DNA of 64,000 bases from Pseudomonas aeruginosa PAO1 (lineage in GTDB: Bacteria; Pseudomonadota; Gammaproteobacteria; Pseudomonadales; Pseudomonadaceae), in the NCBI RefSeq assembly GCF_000006765.1, contig NC_002516.2; one strand, written 5' to 3'. The notes under the pieces were generated by a model that was not told the origin of the DNA, ran no database searches, and saw nothing but the letters and a program-made list of their open reading frames with translations. The translations under genes were made by a program, and so were the position numbers. Below, piece after piece: positions 9,972 to 19,521 of this stretch; positions within the stretch are counted from its first letter, which is position 1, and each line of letters starts with the position of its first letter.

Positions 9972-10520
9972 TCAGCGCCGTTGCGGCAGCATCCGTACCA
10001 GGGTGTTGTCGCGGCTGACGAAGTGATGGAAGAGCGCCGCGGCGGCGTGCAGGCCGATCAGGAAATAACCGGCGTTGCCGATGGTTTCGTGCCATTCCTT
10101 GATTTGCCCGGCGAGGTCGGGGTTCTTGTCGACCAGCGGCGGTAGCTCCAGGCCGAAGAACGGTATCGGCTTGCCGGCGGCGCTGAGGATCAGCCAGCCG
10201 GCGAAGGGCAGGCCGATCATCATCAGGTAGAGGGCGTAGTGCATCAGCCTGGCCAGCGTCGCCTGCCAGGCGGGGATGGCGGGCTCTATGCGCGGGGTAG
10301 GGGTGGCCAGGCGCACCAGCAGGCGCAACCAGACCAGCAGGAAAACGCTCAGGCCAAGCATGAAGTGCCATTGCTTGAGCAGTTCGCGGGTTTCGCTGCC
10401 CTTGGGGAAATTGCCCTTCAGTTCGATACAGGCGTAGACCCCGGCGATCAGCAGCAGGGTCAGCCAGTGCAGGGCAATGGTCAGGCTCCCATAACGGGAT
10501 TCGGTGTTTTTCCAGCTCAT
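9972..10520 (-). CDS. Cytochrome b561 (CybB/YceJ family)
   Basis: 4 TM helices with heme His residues: LHW, WHF, LMHY, WHE..LHAAAALFHH. Confidence 0.92.
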   Translation of the reverse strand: MSWKNTESRYGSLTIALHWLTLLLIAGVYACIELKGNFPKGSETRELLKQWHFMLGLSVFLLVWLRLLVRLATPTPRIEPAIPAWQATLARLMHYALYLMMIGLPFAGWLILSAAGKPIPFFGLELPPLVDKNPDLAGQIKEWHETIGNAGYFLIGLHAAAALFHHFVSRDNTLVRMLPQRR

Positions 10521-10680
10521 CACGGTTCCTTCTCTTCGGCTCTCGGGAGCCCGCTCTGCGGCGGGTCGGCCGGTATTCTCGGCGGCTCCGCTGAAGCCAG
10601 CCTGAATGCCCCCGGCAGGCTCAGTCTAGCTGGCGCCGGCCGGGGACAAGAAGGGCGGAGCGGGGAGAGCTTGATCGCGA

Positions 10681-11964
10681 TCAGGCGTCGGGAGCGTTCT
10701 CGCGGTCGCGGATGGCCTGGAGCATCTTCTTCGCCAGGGACAGGTAGTCCTCGTCGAAGTGGTGGCCGCCCGGCAGTTCGAGCTTCTCGCCGACGGCCTG
10801 GGATTGGGTACAGCCGCTTTCGTCCTTTTCTTCGGCGCCATAGATGCAGAACACCTTGGCTGCCGGCAACCTGGCCATTTCCGGGCCGGTGGCGGCTTCC
10901 TCGCCGGCCTTGCCCAGCCAGCCTTCCACTTCGATCTCGAAGCTGCCGGTCCGCGCCAGCGCCAGCAGCAGCATGGCTTTCACTTGCTGCTGGTCCTTTC
11001 CGGGCAGGCGGTTGTAGATCGCCGGCAGGATGTCAGCGCCGAACGAGTAGCCGGCCAGGACGAAACGTTTCGCGCCCCACTTCTCGCGGTAGTGTTGCAT
11101 CAGCTTGGAGAGGTCGGCGGCGCTCTGTTCCGGGCTCTTGTGTTGCCAGTAGTAGCGCAGGGTGTCGATGCCGACCACCGGGTAGCCCATGCTGGCCATA
11201 TGCTCGGCAGAGTCCTTGTCCAGGTCGCGCCAGCCGCCGTCGCCGGAATAGAACAGGGTGACGATGTCCGAGGGTTGCGCCGCGGGGACCTCGAGTACCG
11301 GCAGGGCCTCGGCGTTGCCTTGCAGTTGCAGGCGCAACTGATGGGCGAGCACGTCGGACAGCGGGGTGTCGTAGTCGCTGATGCTGGTTTCCGCGCTCGA
11401 CTGCTTGCGGACGAAGACTGCGGTGTCGTCGTCCGGGTTGTCGTTCCAGGCCAGCAGCCACTGGCCGTGCGACGCCTGGTGCGGCAGCGGGGCGTCGCAG
11501 TCGCGCTCGGCCAGGGCAATGTCGAAGCCGACCGAGAGCGCCTTGGCCTTGTCGTCGTCCTGGCTGGCGAGCCAGCGCCAGGCGGTGGTCGAGCCCGGGC
11601 CGATGCCGGCGACCAGGTTCGGCTTGCCGCCGAGGCGGGCAATGACCGCTTCGAGCCGGGACTGCTGCGCCCTGCAATCGCCGTTTTCCGGAGGGAAGTA
11701 CTGGATCACCCGGGCGGCGCTGTCGTGAGCCAGGTTCAGCATCTGGGCGTCGTTCAGTTGCTGTTCGGGGGCGGCGATCACCACCACCCGCGAGCGCGGC
11801 TTCTCGCCGGGTTCGGCAAGGGTGGCGTGGCCGCCGTCGTCGAGGTCCAGGGCTTCCAGTTTCGCCTGGGCCGCCGGTCGGCTCCAGAGCAGCAGGGCGG
11901 CACCGACGATCAGCACCAGGGCGGCGACCAGAAAACGGCGCCAGTGACGTTTCACGACAGACAT
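10681..11964 (-). CDS. AcvB/VirJ-family periplasmic aminoacyl-phosphatidylglycerol hydrolase
   Basis: YSGDGGW, GYSFGAD nucleophile motif, GGHHFD; directly downstream of the aaPG synthase. Confidence 0.9.
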   Translation of the reverse strand: MSVVKRHWRRFLVAALVLIVGAALLLWSRPAAQAKLEALDLDDGGHATLAEPGEKPRSRVVVIAAPEQQLNDAQMLNLAHDSAARVIQYFPPENGDCRAQQSRLEAVIARLGGKPNLVAGIGPGSTTAWRWLASQDDDKAKALSVGFDIALAERDCDAPLPHQASHGQWLLAWNDNPDDDTAVFVRKQSSAETSISDYDTPLSDVLAHQLRLQLQGNAEALPVLEVPAAQPSDIVTLFYSGDGGWRDLDKDSAEHMASMGYPVVGIDTLRYYWQHKSPEQSAADLSKLMQHYREKWGAKRFVLAGYSFGADILPAIYNRLPGKDQQQVKAMLLLALARTGSFEIEVEGWLGKAGEEAATGPEMARLPAAKVFCIYGAEEKDESGCTQSQAVGEKLELPGGHHFDEDYLSLAKKMLQAIRDRENAPDA

Positions 11965-11965
11965 A

Positions 11966-14611
11966 TCAGCGTTTCACCAATCCAGTCAGGCCGCCGGCGA
12001 TCAGCGCGGCGGTATCGGCCAGGGCCACCAGCGGGTCGAGCCCGGCTGGCACGGCCAGGTAGCGGGGTTCCCAGTCGGGCTGGAACTTGTCCTTGAAGCG
12101 TCGCAGCCCCTGGAAATTGTAGAACTGTTCGCCCCGCCGGAAGACCAGCGCGCCCAGGCGCTGGGTCAACGGCGCGCCGCGCCTTGGCTGGAGCCCGGCC
12201 AGCGGCACCATGCCGAGGCTGAAGCGCGCGTGGCCCTGGGCCTTGTAGTGGAGGATGAGGCCGAGCATGAGGAACTCCATGGTCAGCTTCGGCGCGTCCG
12301 GGTGCACGCGCATCAGGTCGAGGCTCGCCAGTTCGCGGCTGTCGGTTTCCAGCAGGTTGGCGAAGGCCACCGGCTTGCCCTGGTGGCGGACGATGGCGAT
12401 GCGGAAGAAGTTCAGGTACGCCGGGGTGAAGCGGCCCAGGGAGAAGCCTTTCTCGCGCACCTGCTTGCCGCCCAGCCAGGCGTCCGATATCGCCTTCAGC
12501 TCGTCCAGCGGAGCCTGGCCCGGTTCATGGAACTCCAGGGCCAGGCCGTCGCGCTGGCCGCGGTTCCAGGTGTAGCGCAGGTCTTTCATTTCCTTGCCCT
12601 TGTTCTCCAGGTCGAAGCGCAGCAGGTCGACTCGCGCTTCTTCGCCGAGCTTGAGGGCGGTCAGGCCAATGTCCATGTAGAACGGCAGGTTCTCGGCACG
12701 CACCTGGTAGAACACCGGGCGGGCATGGTGCAGGTCGCAGAGGTCGCGGAATTGCCAGATCAGTTCGGCGCGCTGCATGGCCGGGCCGATCGGGTCGTAC
12801 AGGGCTATCATGCTGCGACCGCGGCGGGCGTACATGAGGAAAGCGTCGTCGCTCTCATGGAAGAGCAGGGCCTTGTCGCCGGTCAGGGCCAGGCCGCCAT
12901 CCGGCTGGTCCGAGTGGCGGATGATCCGCGCCGCGCGCTGCAGCTCTTCCGCGTTCGGCTCGCGGATCGCCGGCGGTGCCGCGCGCAGCAGCCAGCCAAG
13001 GGCCAGGGCCAGGAGCAGCAGGCAACTGCCGAGGGCGGCGCGCAGGGCGCGCGGGGCGTCGGCGTCCAGGGCGAACTGCCACCAGAGCTGGTTGCTGTAA
13101 TGCACGTCCTGGTTGGCGAACAGCAGCAGCCAGACCGAGGCGCCGACCACGCAGATGCTGGCGCCTACGTAAAGCGGCGAGAAGGGTACTTCCATCAGCC
13201 GGCTGGGACGGTAGAAGGAGCGGCGGAACATGGCGAGCAGCGCGGCGGTCAGGCTCAGCAGGCTGGCTTCCTCCCAGTCGAAGCCTTTCAGCAGCGAAAG
13301 CAGGGCGCCCACCAGCAACAGCACCAGGGTCAGGGCCCAGGCGGCCGACAGCCGTCGGCGCAAACCCTGCGCGAGCAGGAGGCAGAGCACGCCGATCAGG
13401 CTGGCGACCAGGTGCGAGGCATCGATCAGGCGATGTGGAATGAGGAAACCGAGGTGTTCCAGGCGGGTGTCGATCGCCGGTGTGGCGCCGGAAAACAGCA
13501 GCACGACACCGGAGAGGAAGACCAGGATCGCCAGGATCGGTGCGGCGAAACCCGAGGCGACGCGAATCGCCTGGCGCGTCACCCACAACCGGCGCGCTTC
13601 GAGGAACAGCAACAAAAGGCAGGCCAGCAGCAGTGGCAGCACCACATAAATCAAGCGGTACAAGAGCAGGGCCGCGGCCAGCGGCGCGGCGCCCAGTTGG
13701 CCGGCGAACGCGGCCAGCAGCACCGCCTCGAACACCCCGACTCCGCCCGGTACGTGGCTGAGTACGCCGGCGGCCAGGGCGAGCAGGTAGACCAGCAGGA
13801 ACGCCGCGAAGGGTGGGGTTTCCGGCAGCAACAGATAAAGGACGGTAGCGGCGGCGGCGACGTCGAGGGCGGTGATCAGCAGTTGCAGCAGCGATAGGCG
13901 CAGGCCTGGCAGGCGCAGGCTGCGGCGGCCGAGGCGGACCAGCAGGCTGTCGGGGGACGGCCGTTCTCCCGGCAGGCGGTGCCGGGCCAGGAACGCCACC
14001 AGGCCGACAGCCAGCGACAGGACGGCGATCGCGATGACGGCGACCAGGGCGCGGGGCAGGTGCAGCGCCGACGCCGCATCGTCGAGGTCGCAGAGTGCGG
14101 CGAGTGCCGCCAGCACCGGCAGTGCGCAGCCCAGGGAAAGGCTGGCAAATAGCGTCATCCGGGCAATTTCGGCAGCGCCGATGCCATGCCGGGAATACAG
14201 TCGGTAGCGTACGGAGCCGCCGGAAAGCAGCGACAGGCCTACCGCATTGCCGATGGCGAAGGCGCTGAAGCCGCCGGTGGCCAGGCTGCGCATGGGCAGC
14301 GTGACGCCAGCGAAGCGGCTGGCCGACCACTCGTAGCCGAGCAGGATGACGAAGCCGAGGGCGGTCGCGCTCAGGGCGCCGAGCAGCGCCGGCCTGGGCA
14401 CGTCGGCGATGGCATCGTGGAGGGCGCCGGGATCGATCTCCCGTAGCAGGTGGTAGCAGGCCACCAGCGCCAGGCCGAACAGCAGCAAGGTGAAGACCAG
14501 GCCGATGGGCTGGCGGTAGGCGGTAATCCGATCGATCAGCCGGATGCGTTGTGGGGACGCGGGAGAGCTGGGTGGAGCGGGATGTTCTGGAACGGGAGCG
14601 TCGGTGCGCAT
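11966..14611 (-). CDS. mprF: Alanyl-phosphatidylglycerol synthase (MprF family; flippase plus synthase domains)
   Basis: 881 aa, multi-TM N-terminus, EKGFSLG and YNFQGLRRFKDKFQPDWEPRY; GAGG RBS before 14611. Confidence 0.95.
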   Translation of the reverse strand: MRTDAPVPEHPAPPSSPASPQRIRLIDRITAYRQPIGLVFTLLLFGLALVACYHLLREIDPGALHDAIADVPRPALLGALSATALGFVILLGYEWSASRFAGVTLPMRSLATGGFSAFAIGNAVGLSLLSGGSVRYRLYSRHGIGAAEIARMTLFASLSLGCALPVLAALAALCDLDDAASALHLPRALVAVIAIAVLSLAVGLVAFLARHRLPGERPSPDSLLVRLGRRSLRLPGLRLSLLQLLITALDVAAAATVLYLLLPETPPFAAFLLVYLLALAAGVLSHVPGGVGVFEAVLLAAFAGQLGAAPLAAALLLYRLIYVVLPLLLACLLLLFLEARRLWVTRQAIRVASGFAAPILAILVFLSGVVLLFSGATPAIDTRLEHLGFLIPHRLIDASHLVASLIGVLCLLLAQGLRRRLSAAWALTLVLLLVGALLSLLKGFDWEEASLLSLTAALLAMFRRSFYRPSRLMEVPFSPLYVGASICVVGASVWLLLFANQDVHYSNQLWWQFALDADAPRALRAALGSCLLLLALALGWLLRAAPPAIREPNAEELQRAARIIRHSDQPDGGLALTGDKALLFHESDDAFLMYARRGRSMIALYDPIGPAMQRAELIWQFRDLCDLHHARPVFYQVRAENLPFYMDIGLTALKLGEEARVDLLRFDLENKGKEMKDLRYTWNRGQRDGLALEFHEPGQAPLDELKAISDAWLGGKQVREKGFSLGRFTPAYLNFFRIAIVRHQGKPVAFANLLETDSRELASLDLMRVHPDAPKLTMEFLMLGLILHYKAQGHARFSLGMVPLAGLQPRRGAPLTQRLGALVFRRGEQFYNFQGLRRFKDKFQPDWEPRYLAVPAGLDPLVALADTAALIAGGLTGLVKR

Positions 14612-14636
14612 CAGCCACCTCATGGGAATTTGCGCG

Positions 14637-14664
14637 ACAGAGTATGGCCTCTCGGGCGAGTTCC
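14637..14664 (-). promoter_or_regulatory. Candidate AlgU (sigma22/E) promoter of the aaPG operon
   Basis: GAACTC-16 bp-TCTGT versus consensus GAACTT-N16/17-TCTGA. Confidence 0.5.
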
Positions 14665-14859
14665 CAAGTGGTCGCAGCAGATTTTTTCTGTGCGGGGCGG
14701 CGTCCTGTCACAGGGAGAAGACCGCCGGGTTTTGCAGGAGTTGCGTCGGCGAAGTGGCCGAAGGCCATTTGCTGGTATTCGTTCAGCGATGGTTCAGCTT
14801 GCCGTGGGCATAGTGGCGGCTTGCACTGTCCGACCATTTCCGAGGGGGGAAGGGTGACG

Positions 14860-15219
14860 ATGATCCAGGCGGGCATTCATGTCGGCGCCGGAGTCGTGCT
14901 GGGCGTGGCCGCTGGATGGTGGCTGGGGGATTGGGAACAGTCGTTGCAGGTCAAGGACTCGGTGGCGCGGGTCGATTGCCTGTTGTACGGCGCCCTGCTG
15001 GTGGTGTTGCTCCGCCACGACGGTTGGTTGCGCCGCCTGGGCCTGCTGGGCCTGGGGCTGTTCTGCGGTTCCCTGCTGGTCTATTCGGTGAATCCGGCAA
15101 GCCTGTTCGCTGCGAAAGAGTCCTGGAGCCTTGCGCGGATCTCCATGCGGGCCTTCGGTCCGCTGGTGATGCTGGTCGTGGGGATGGCCTGCGCGCGCCT
15201 GGCACACGAGTTGCGCTGA
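14860..15219 (+). CDS. Small hypothetical membrane protein
   Basis: 119 aa, about 4 hydrophobic segments, purine-rich RBS. Confidence 0.7.
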   Translation: MIQAGIHVGAGVVLGVAAGWWLGDWEQSLQVKDSVARVDCLLYGALLVVLLRHDGWLRRLGLLGLGLFCGSLLVYSVNPASLFAAKESWSLARISMRAFGPLVMLVVGMACARLAHELR

Positions 15220-15233
15220 CGCAGGCATTGCGC

Positions 15234-15548
15234 TCACGCCGGAGTCAGGTGACGCGATTCCTCGCGGTATTCCTTCAACCAGCGCAGCACTTCCACGGCC
15301 TCCCAGCGAGAGGGGTCGTACAACGCATAGATCTCGCCCTGGTAGCCGACCACATCGAGCGGCCGGTGGAAGCCGGCGCGCTGGAACAGCGCCTCGATCT
15401 CGGCGAAGCAGGTGTTGAAGTGCACGCGGGTGAACGGCGTCTTGCCGTCGGTGACCAGGCCGTCCATCTGCAGTTCGTCCACTGCCTGGCGGATGTCGTC
15501 GAGTTCCATCCGGTTCACGCTGCGCTTCAATTGTTCGACGTTCAGCAT
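15234..15548 (-). CDS. Small LexA-controlled hypothetical protein
   Basis: 104 aa MLNVEQLKRS...; RBS GGAAAGGA; SOS box upstream. Confidence 0.8.
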   Translation of the reverse strand: MLNVEQLKRSVNRMELDDIRQAVDELQMDGLVTDGKTPFTRVHFNTCFAEIEALFQRAGFHRPLDVVGYQGEIYALYDPSRWEAVEVLRWLKEYREESRHLTPA

Positions 15549-15600
15549 CTGTCTGTCCTTTCCGTATCCGTTACCGAGCATTCATCGAAGGCTGAGCTGG

Positions 15601-15616
15601 CTGTACGAATATACAG
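15601..15616. promoter_or_regulatory. LexA (SOS) box
   Basis: CTGTACGAATATACAG = CTGT-N8-ACAG. Confidence 0.9.
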
Positions 15617-15684
15617 TTAAATGTGCGATGATGCGAGCGAACGGAGGGCGAGGCGATGCAGTGGAACAGGAGGGGCGGAATGCA

Positions 15685-15720
15685 AAAAGCCCCGGCGCTA
15701 TCGCTAGTGCCGGGGCTTTT
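15685..15720. terminator. Terminator downstream of tRNA-Met
   Basis: 16-bp stem, TCGC loop, A/T runs on both sides. Confidence 0.88.
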
Positions 15721-15726
15721 CGAATG

Positions 15727-15803
<77 letters not shown>

Positions 15804-15816
15804 TCTGTGTGGGCGC

Positions 15817-15844
15817 ATTCTACGGACTCTCGTCGGGCTGTCAA
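15817..15844 (-). promoter_or_regulatory. Stable-RNA-type promoter of the tRNA
   Basis: TTGACA-16-TAGAAT followed by GC-rich discriminator GCGCCC. Confidence 0.85.
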
Positions 15845-15949
15845 TCGATTTTTCGAAAAAAGTGTTTTTTCTTCAAATGCTTAGCGCTTGCCCAATGTTA
15901 GAATTCAGCGCTCCGGGGCAGGCCCGGCGGGGCTTGTAGCGAGATTCCG

Positions 15950-16999
15950 GTGCGGAAAATCATCCATATAGACTGCGACTGTTTCTATGCCGCCCTCGAG
16001 ATGCGCGACGACCCCAGCCTGCGCGGCAAGGCGCTGGCGGTTGGCGGTTCGCCGGACAAGCGCGGAGTGGTCGCCACTTGCAGCTACGAGGCGCGAGCCT
16101 ATGGCGTGCGCTCGGCGATGGCCATGCGCACGGCGCTCAAGCTGTGTCCCGATCTGCTGGTGGTGCGCCCGCGTTTCGATGTCTACCGGGCGGTGTCGAA
16201 GCAGATCCATGCGATCTTCCGCGATTATACCGATCTGATCGAGCCGCTTTCGCTGGACGAGGCCTACCTGGACGTCAGCGCTTCGCCGCATTTCGCCGGT
16301 AGCGCCACGCGGATTGCCCAGGACATCCGCCGCCGGGTGGCCGAGGAGCTGCACATCACCGTTTCGGCGGGCGTCGCGCCGAACAAGTTCCTGGCCAAGA
16401 TCGCCAGCGACTGGCGCAAGCCGGACGGGCTGTTCGTGATTACCCCGGAGCAGGTCGACGGGTTCGTCGCCGAGTTGCCGGTGGCCAAGTTGCATGGCGT
16501 CGGCAAGGTCACGGCGGAGCGCCTGGCGCGGATGGGCATCCGCACCTGCGCCGACCTGCGCCAGGGCAGCAAGCTGAGCCTGGTGCGCGAGTTCGGCAGC
16601 TTCGGCGAACGCCTGTGGGGACTGGCCCATGGTATCGACGAGCGACCGGTGGAAGTCGACAGCCGGCGCCAGTCGGTGAGCGTCGAATGTACCTTCGATC
16701 GCGACCTGCCGGACCTGGCGGCTTGCCTGGAGGAACTGCCGACCCTGCTCGAGGAGCTGGACGGACGCCTGCAACGCCTGGATGGCAGTTATCGGCCGGA
16801 CAAGCCGTTCGTTAAACTGAAGTTTCACGATTTCACCCAGACCACGGTGGAACAGTCCGGCGCCGGGCGCGACCTGGAGAGCTACCGGCAATTGCTCGGC
16901 CAGGCCTTTGCCCGTGGCAATCGTCCGGTGCGCCTGATCGGCGTCGGCGTGCGCCTGCTCGACCTGCAGGGCGCCCACGAACAACTCAGGTTGTTCTGA
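15950..16999 (+). CDS. dinB: DNA polymerase IV
   Basis: IIHIDCDCFYA, SLDEAYLD, C-terminal clamp motif QLRLF; extended -10 TG-T-TAGAAT at 15896-15904. Confidence 0.97.
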   Translation: MRKIIHIDCDCFYAALEMRDDPSLRGKALAVGGSPDKRGVVATCSYEARAYGVRSAMAMRTALKLCPDLLVVRPRFDVYRAVSKQIHAIFRDYTDLIEPLSLDEAYLDVSASPHFAGSATRIAQDIRRRVAEELHITVSAGVAPNKFLAKIASDWRKPDGLFVITPEQVDGFVAELPVAKLHGVGKVTAERLARMGIRTCADLRQGSKLSLVREFGSFGERLWGLAHGIDERPVEVDSRRQSVSVECTFDRDLPDLAACLEELPTLLEELDGRLQRLDGSYRPDKPFVKLKFHDFTQTTVEQSGAGRDLESYRQLLGQAFARGNRPVRLIGVGVRLLDLQGAHEQLRLF

Positions 17000-17005
17000 T
17001 GCTCC

Positions 17006-18934
17006 TCATGGCGTCAACGAAGTCGCGAGGTTCCGCGGCGACGGCTCTTCCCCTACCGGCAAGGCGCTGAAGCGGCCGAGATCCTGCAGCAGTTCCAGGC
17101 GTGCTGCACGGAGTGGGCCGCGTATGGCTTCCTGTTGTTCCACGTCGAGCGGGCGGTCGTCGCCATCGCTCACCGGACCGTGGTGACGGTCCGCGCCACG
17201 CAGTGGGAAGCTCACCTTGAAGCCTTCGCCCAGGTAGGCGATGCGCGTGGTATCGGCGCTCACCGCATAGTCGCGATGGTAGTCCGCTGCGAGCAGGTCC
17301 TGTCCCAGCGAGTAGTCGCGGGGCGGATTGCGTACGCCCAGCAGCGGCAGGAGCGTTGCGGGCAGGTCGATGTGGCTGGTGATGCCGCGGACGGCACGGG
17401 GCGCCTGTCCGGGAATGCTCAGCACGGCGACGGTGCCGGTCTGGTAGCGATTGAACTCGGTATTGTGGCCCCAGCGCGAGCGTTCCATGAACTCTTCCCC
17501 ATGGTCGCCGAGCACCACTACCGCGGTGTTTTCCAGCAGGTGCTGGTTTTCCAGGTGCTGCAGCAGGCGGCCGATCTGTGTATCGACTTCGCGCACGGCA
17601 TTCAGGTAGCGGTTCTTGATCAGCGGCATCTGCGCCTGGAAATCGGTGGTCAGGTAGTTGAAGTTGACCAGATAGGGGCGGATTTTCGCGGTCTCGTCGC
17701 GGAAGCTGTAGTTGGCGTGGCTCGACTCGAGGAACAGGCAGGCGAAGAACGGCCGGTCGGGTAGTCGGCGATCGACGAAGCGCAGCAGGTCGTCGGTGTT
17801 CCGGGCGTCGCGCTGCCAGGCAGGCTCCGGGCTATCCAGCACGTGCAGGTCTTGGGGGCGCAGGTTGACGAACACGCTGCGGTCGAAGGGCGGATAGCTG
17901 AAACGTTGCGCGGCATTGATCCGGAACTGGTAGTTCTGCTGCCTGAGTACCTCCATGAGCACCGGCGGCTGGCCGGCCTTCAGCACGGCGTCCCAGTAGC
18001 CGCCGTGCAGCCCGTAGAACATGCCGAAGACGCCCATCTGGGTCAGGTTGCCGCTGCTGTAGTGGTTGTCCAGGCGGATCGCCCGGTTGGAGAAGTCCCA
18101 CAGCCTGGGCATGTAGCGCGGATCGAGCATGTCCCCGCGGAGCGACTCGGCGACGATCCAGACGATGTTCAATGGGTGCGCCGGGGCGCTGATCTCCAGC
18201 GGCCGGAGAGGATAGTGCAGGTCGCTCTGCTGCTGGAGCAGCTCGCGCTGGGTGGGCGTCGGCTGGATGCCCAGGCTTCGCGCCAGGCTGCGGACGGTCA
18301 ATGGCAGGTAAAGCGGATAGCGTTCGCTGGCCAGCAGGATCGGCCGGTAGTCGCGCAGGGAGCTGAACGCATAGACCAGGCGTTCGCCCAGGGCCAGGCA
18401 GAGGAAGGCCGCCAACAGGTAGCGCCAGGCGCGCCGAGGGAGCGCGGGAAGGCGTTCGCGGCTGACCTGGCAGGCGCTGTACAGCAGCACCTGCAGGCAG
18501 AGCAGGGCCAGGGCCGCCAGGCTTGCGCTGAGCAGGGTGCCGTCGCCGCTGCCGAGGCTGGAGAGGCCGCCGGGCGAGACCAGCAGGCCGATGCTGAAAC
18601 CGTTGAGGTGGAATCCGTACAGGTCGTAGAGGGTGCGGTCGGCGTAGAGCAGTATCTGTACCGCCGCGCTGCCGACGATGGCCAGCACGCCTGCCAGCCA
18701 CGGACTGAGGCGCACGGGAAGGCGATCATGGAAATGCAGGAGCAGTCGGCAGGCGAGGTACACCGGGACTATATAAAGGAAGGCGTAGCTCAGGCTGGCA
18801 GCGACGCTCCAGAGCGGCAGCCAGGCGTCGTCGAAGACGATCCCGTCCTGCAGGCGCAGCACCTGCCAGAGCACCACCAGCCACGACAACAGAAAGAAGC
18901 GGTTGAGTGTCTCGGTGCTGGGTGGGGCGAACAT
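17006..18934 (-). CDS. YejM/PbgA-like inner-membrane sulfatase-family protein (DUF3413)
   Basis: 5 N-terminal TMs, IVAESLRGD, HYSSGNLT, GDHGEEF; GGAG RBS before 18934. Confidence 0.88.
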   Translation of the reverse strand: MFAPPSTETLNRFFLLSWLVVLWQVLRLQDGIVFDDAWLPLWSVAASLSYAFLYIVPVYLACRLLLHFHDRLPVRLSPWLAGVLAIVGSAAVQILLYADRTLYDLYGFHLNGFSIGLLVSPGGLSSLGSGDGTLLSASLAALALLCLQVLLYSACQVSRERLPALPRRAWRYLLAAFLCLALGERLVYAFSSLRDYRPILLASERYPLYLPLTVRSLARSLGIQPTPTQRELLQQQSDLHYPLRPLEISAPAHPLNIVWIVAESLRGDMLDPRYMPRLWDFSNRAIRLDNHYSSGNLTQMGVFGMFYGLHGGYWDAVLKAGQPPVLMEVLRQQNYQFRINAAQRFSYPPFDRSVFVNLRPQDLHVLDSPEPAWQRDARNTDDLLRFVDRRLPDRPFFACLFLESSHANYSFRDETAKIRPYLVNFNYLTTDFQAQMPLIKNRYLNAVREVDTQIGRLLQHLENQHLLENTAVVVLGDHGEEFMERSRWGHNTEFNRYQTGTVAVLSIPGQAPRAVRGITSHIDLPATLLPLLGVRNPPRDYSLGQDLLAADYHRDYAVSADTTRIAYLGEGFKVSFPLRGADRHHGPVSDGDDRPLDVEQQEAIRGPLRAARLELLQDLGRFSALPVGEEPSPRNLATSLTP

Positions 18935-18999
18935 CAAGCGTCTCCGGGCGAGGATGCGGAAGCCTAGGGACGTGGTGGTCAAGCGGGAATGAAATGGAT

Positions 19000-19015
19000 G
19001 TCAAAAAAATGTAAA
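19000..19015 (-). promoter_or_regulatory. Candidate ColR box
   Basis: Minus strand TTTACATTTTTTTGAC fits the recalled P. putida consensus YYNASNNYTTTTTSAC at every position. Confidence 0.55.
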
Positions 19016-19046
19016 CGGGCGGCGCCGGGTAGCGCCGCTTCAGGCT

Positions 19047-19454
19047 TCAGTCGTGCTCGGGAACCAGGCGCAGCGGCTTGCCTTCGGCCGGCCACAGGCG
19101 CAGCTCGTCGGACGGCGAAATGTCCCAGTGCTGGACGCTCTGCAGCAGGGCCAGGAAGCGCCGTTCCTGCTCCATGATCTCCGCTGCGCACAGGCGGCGG
19201 GTGCTGCCGATGGCGCCGAACTGAAGGAGGTCGTCCTGCAGGGTGTAGCTGGCGAACCAGTGGTTGCAGCCGCCATTGCCGAAGGCGCGGCCCTGGCCGT
19301 CGAAGGTCAGGCTGATGTGGCTGTAGTCCATCGTCGGTTGTGCCCCGACCCAGTCGACCTGGTAGGCCTGCTCGGTTTCCAGGGTGGTCTCCTGGCTGGC
19401 GCAACCGCCCAGGATCAGGGCGGCGGAGGCGAAGAGGGCGAGAGAGGGTTTCAT
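19047..19454 (-). CDS. META/HslJ-domain lipoprotein
   Basis: Lipobox ILGGC; GNGGCNHWFASY...IGSTRRLC. Confidence 0.88.
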   Translation of the reverse strand: MKPSLALFASAALILGGCASQETTLETEQAYQVDWVGAQPTMDYSHISLTFDGQGRAFGNGGCNHWFASYTLQDDLLQFGAIGSTRRLCAAEIMEQERRFLALLQSVQHWDISPSDELRLWPAEGKPLRLVPEHD

Positions 19455-19521
19455 GGCGTTTCCTTTGCGCATTTCGTACGGGCGATAGTTCACAGACCGT
19501 CGGTCGGACGGGGCGTTCGCC

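Noticed and set aside
15845-15950. LexA box for dinB
   Set aside because: No CTG-N10-CAG in the proximal promoter; the only clear box (15601-16) faces the small gene.
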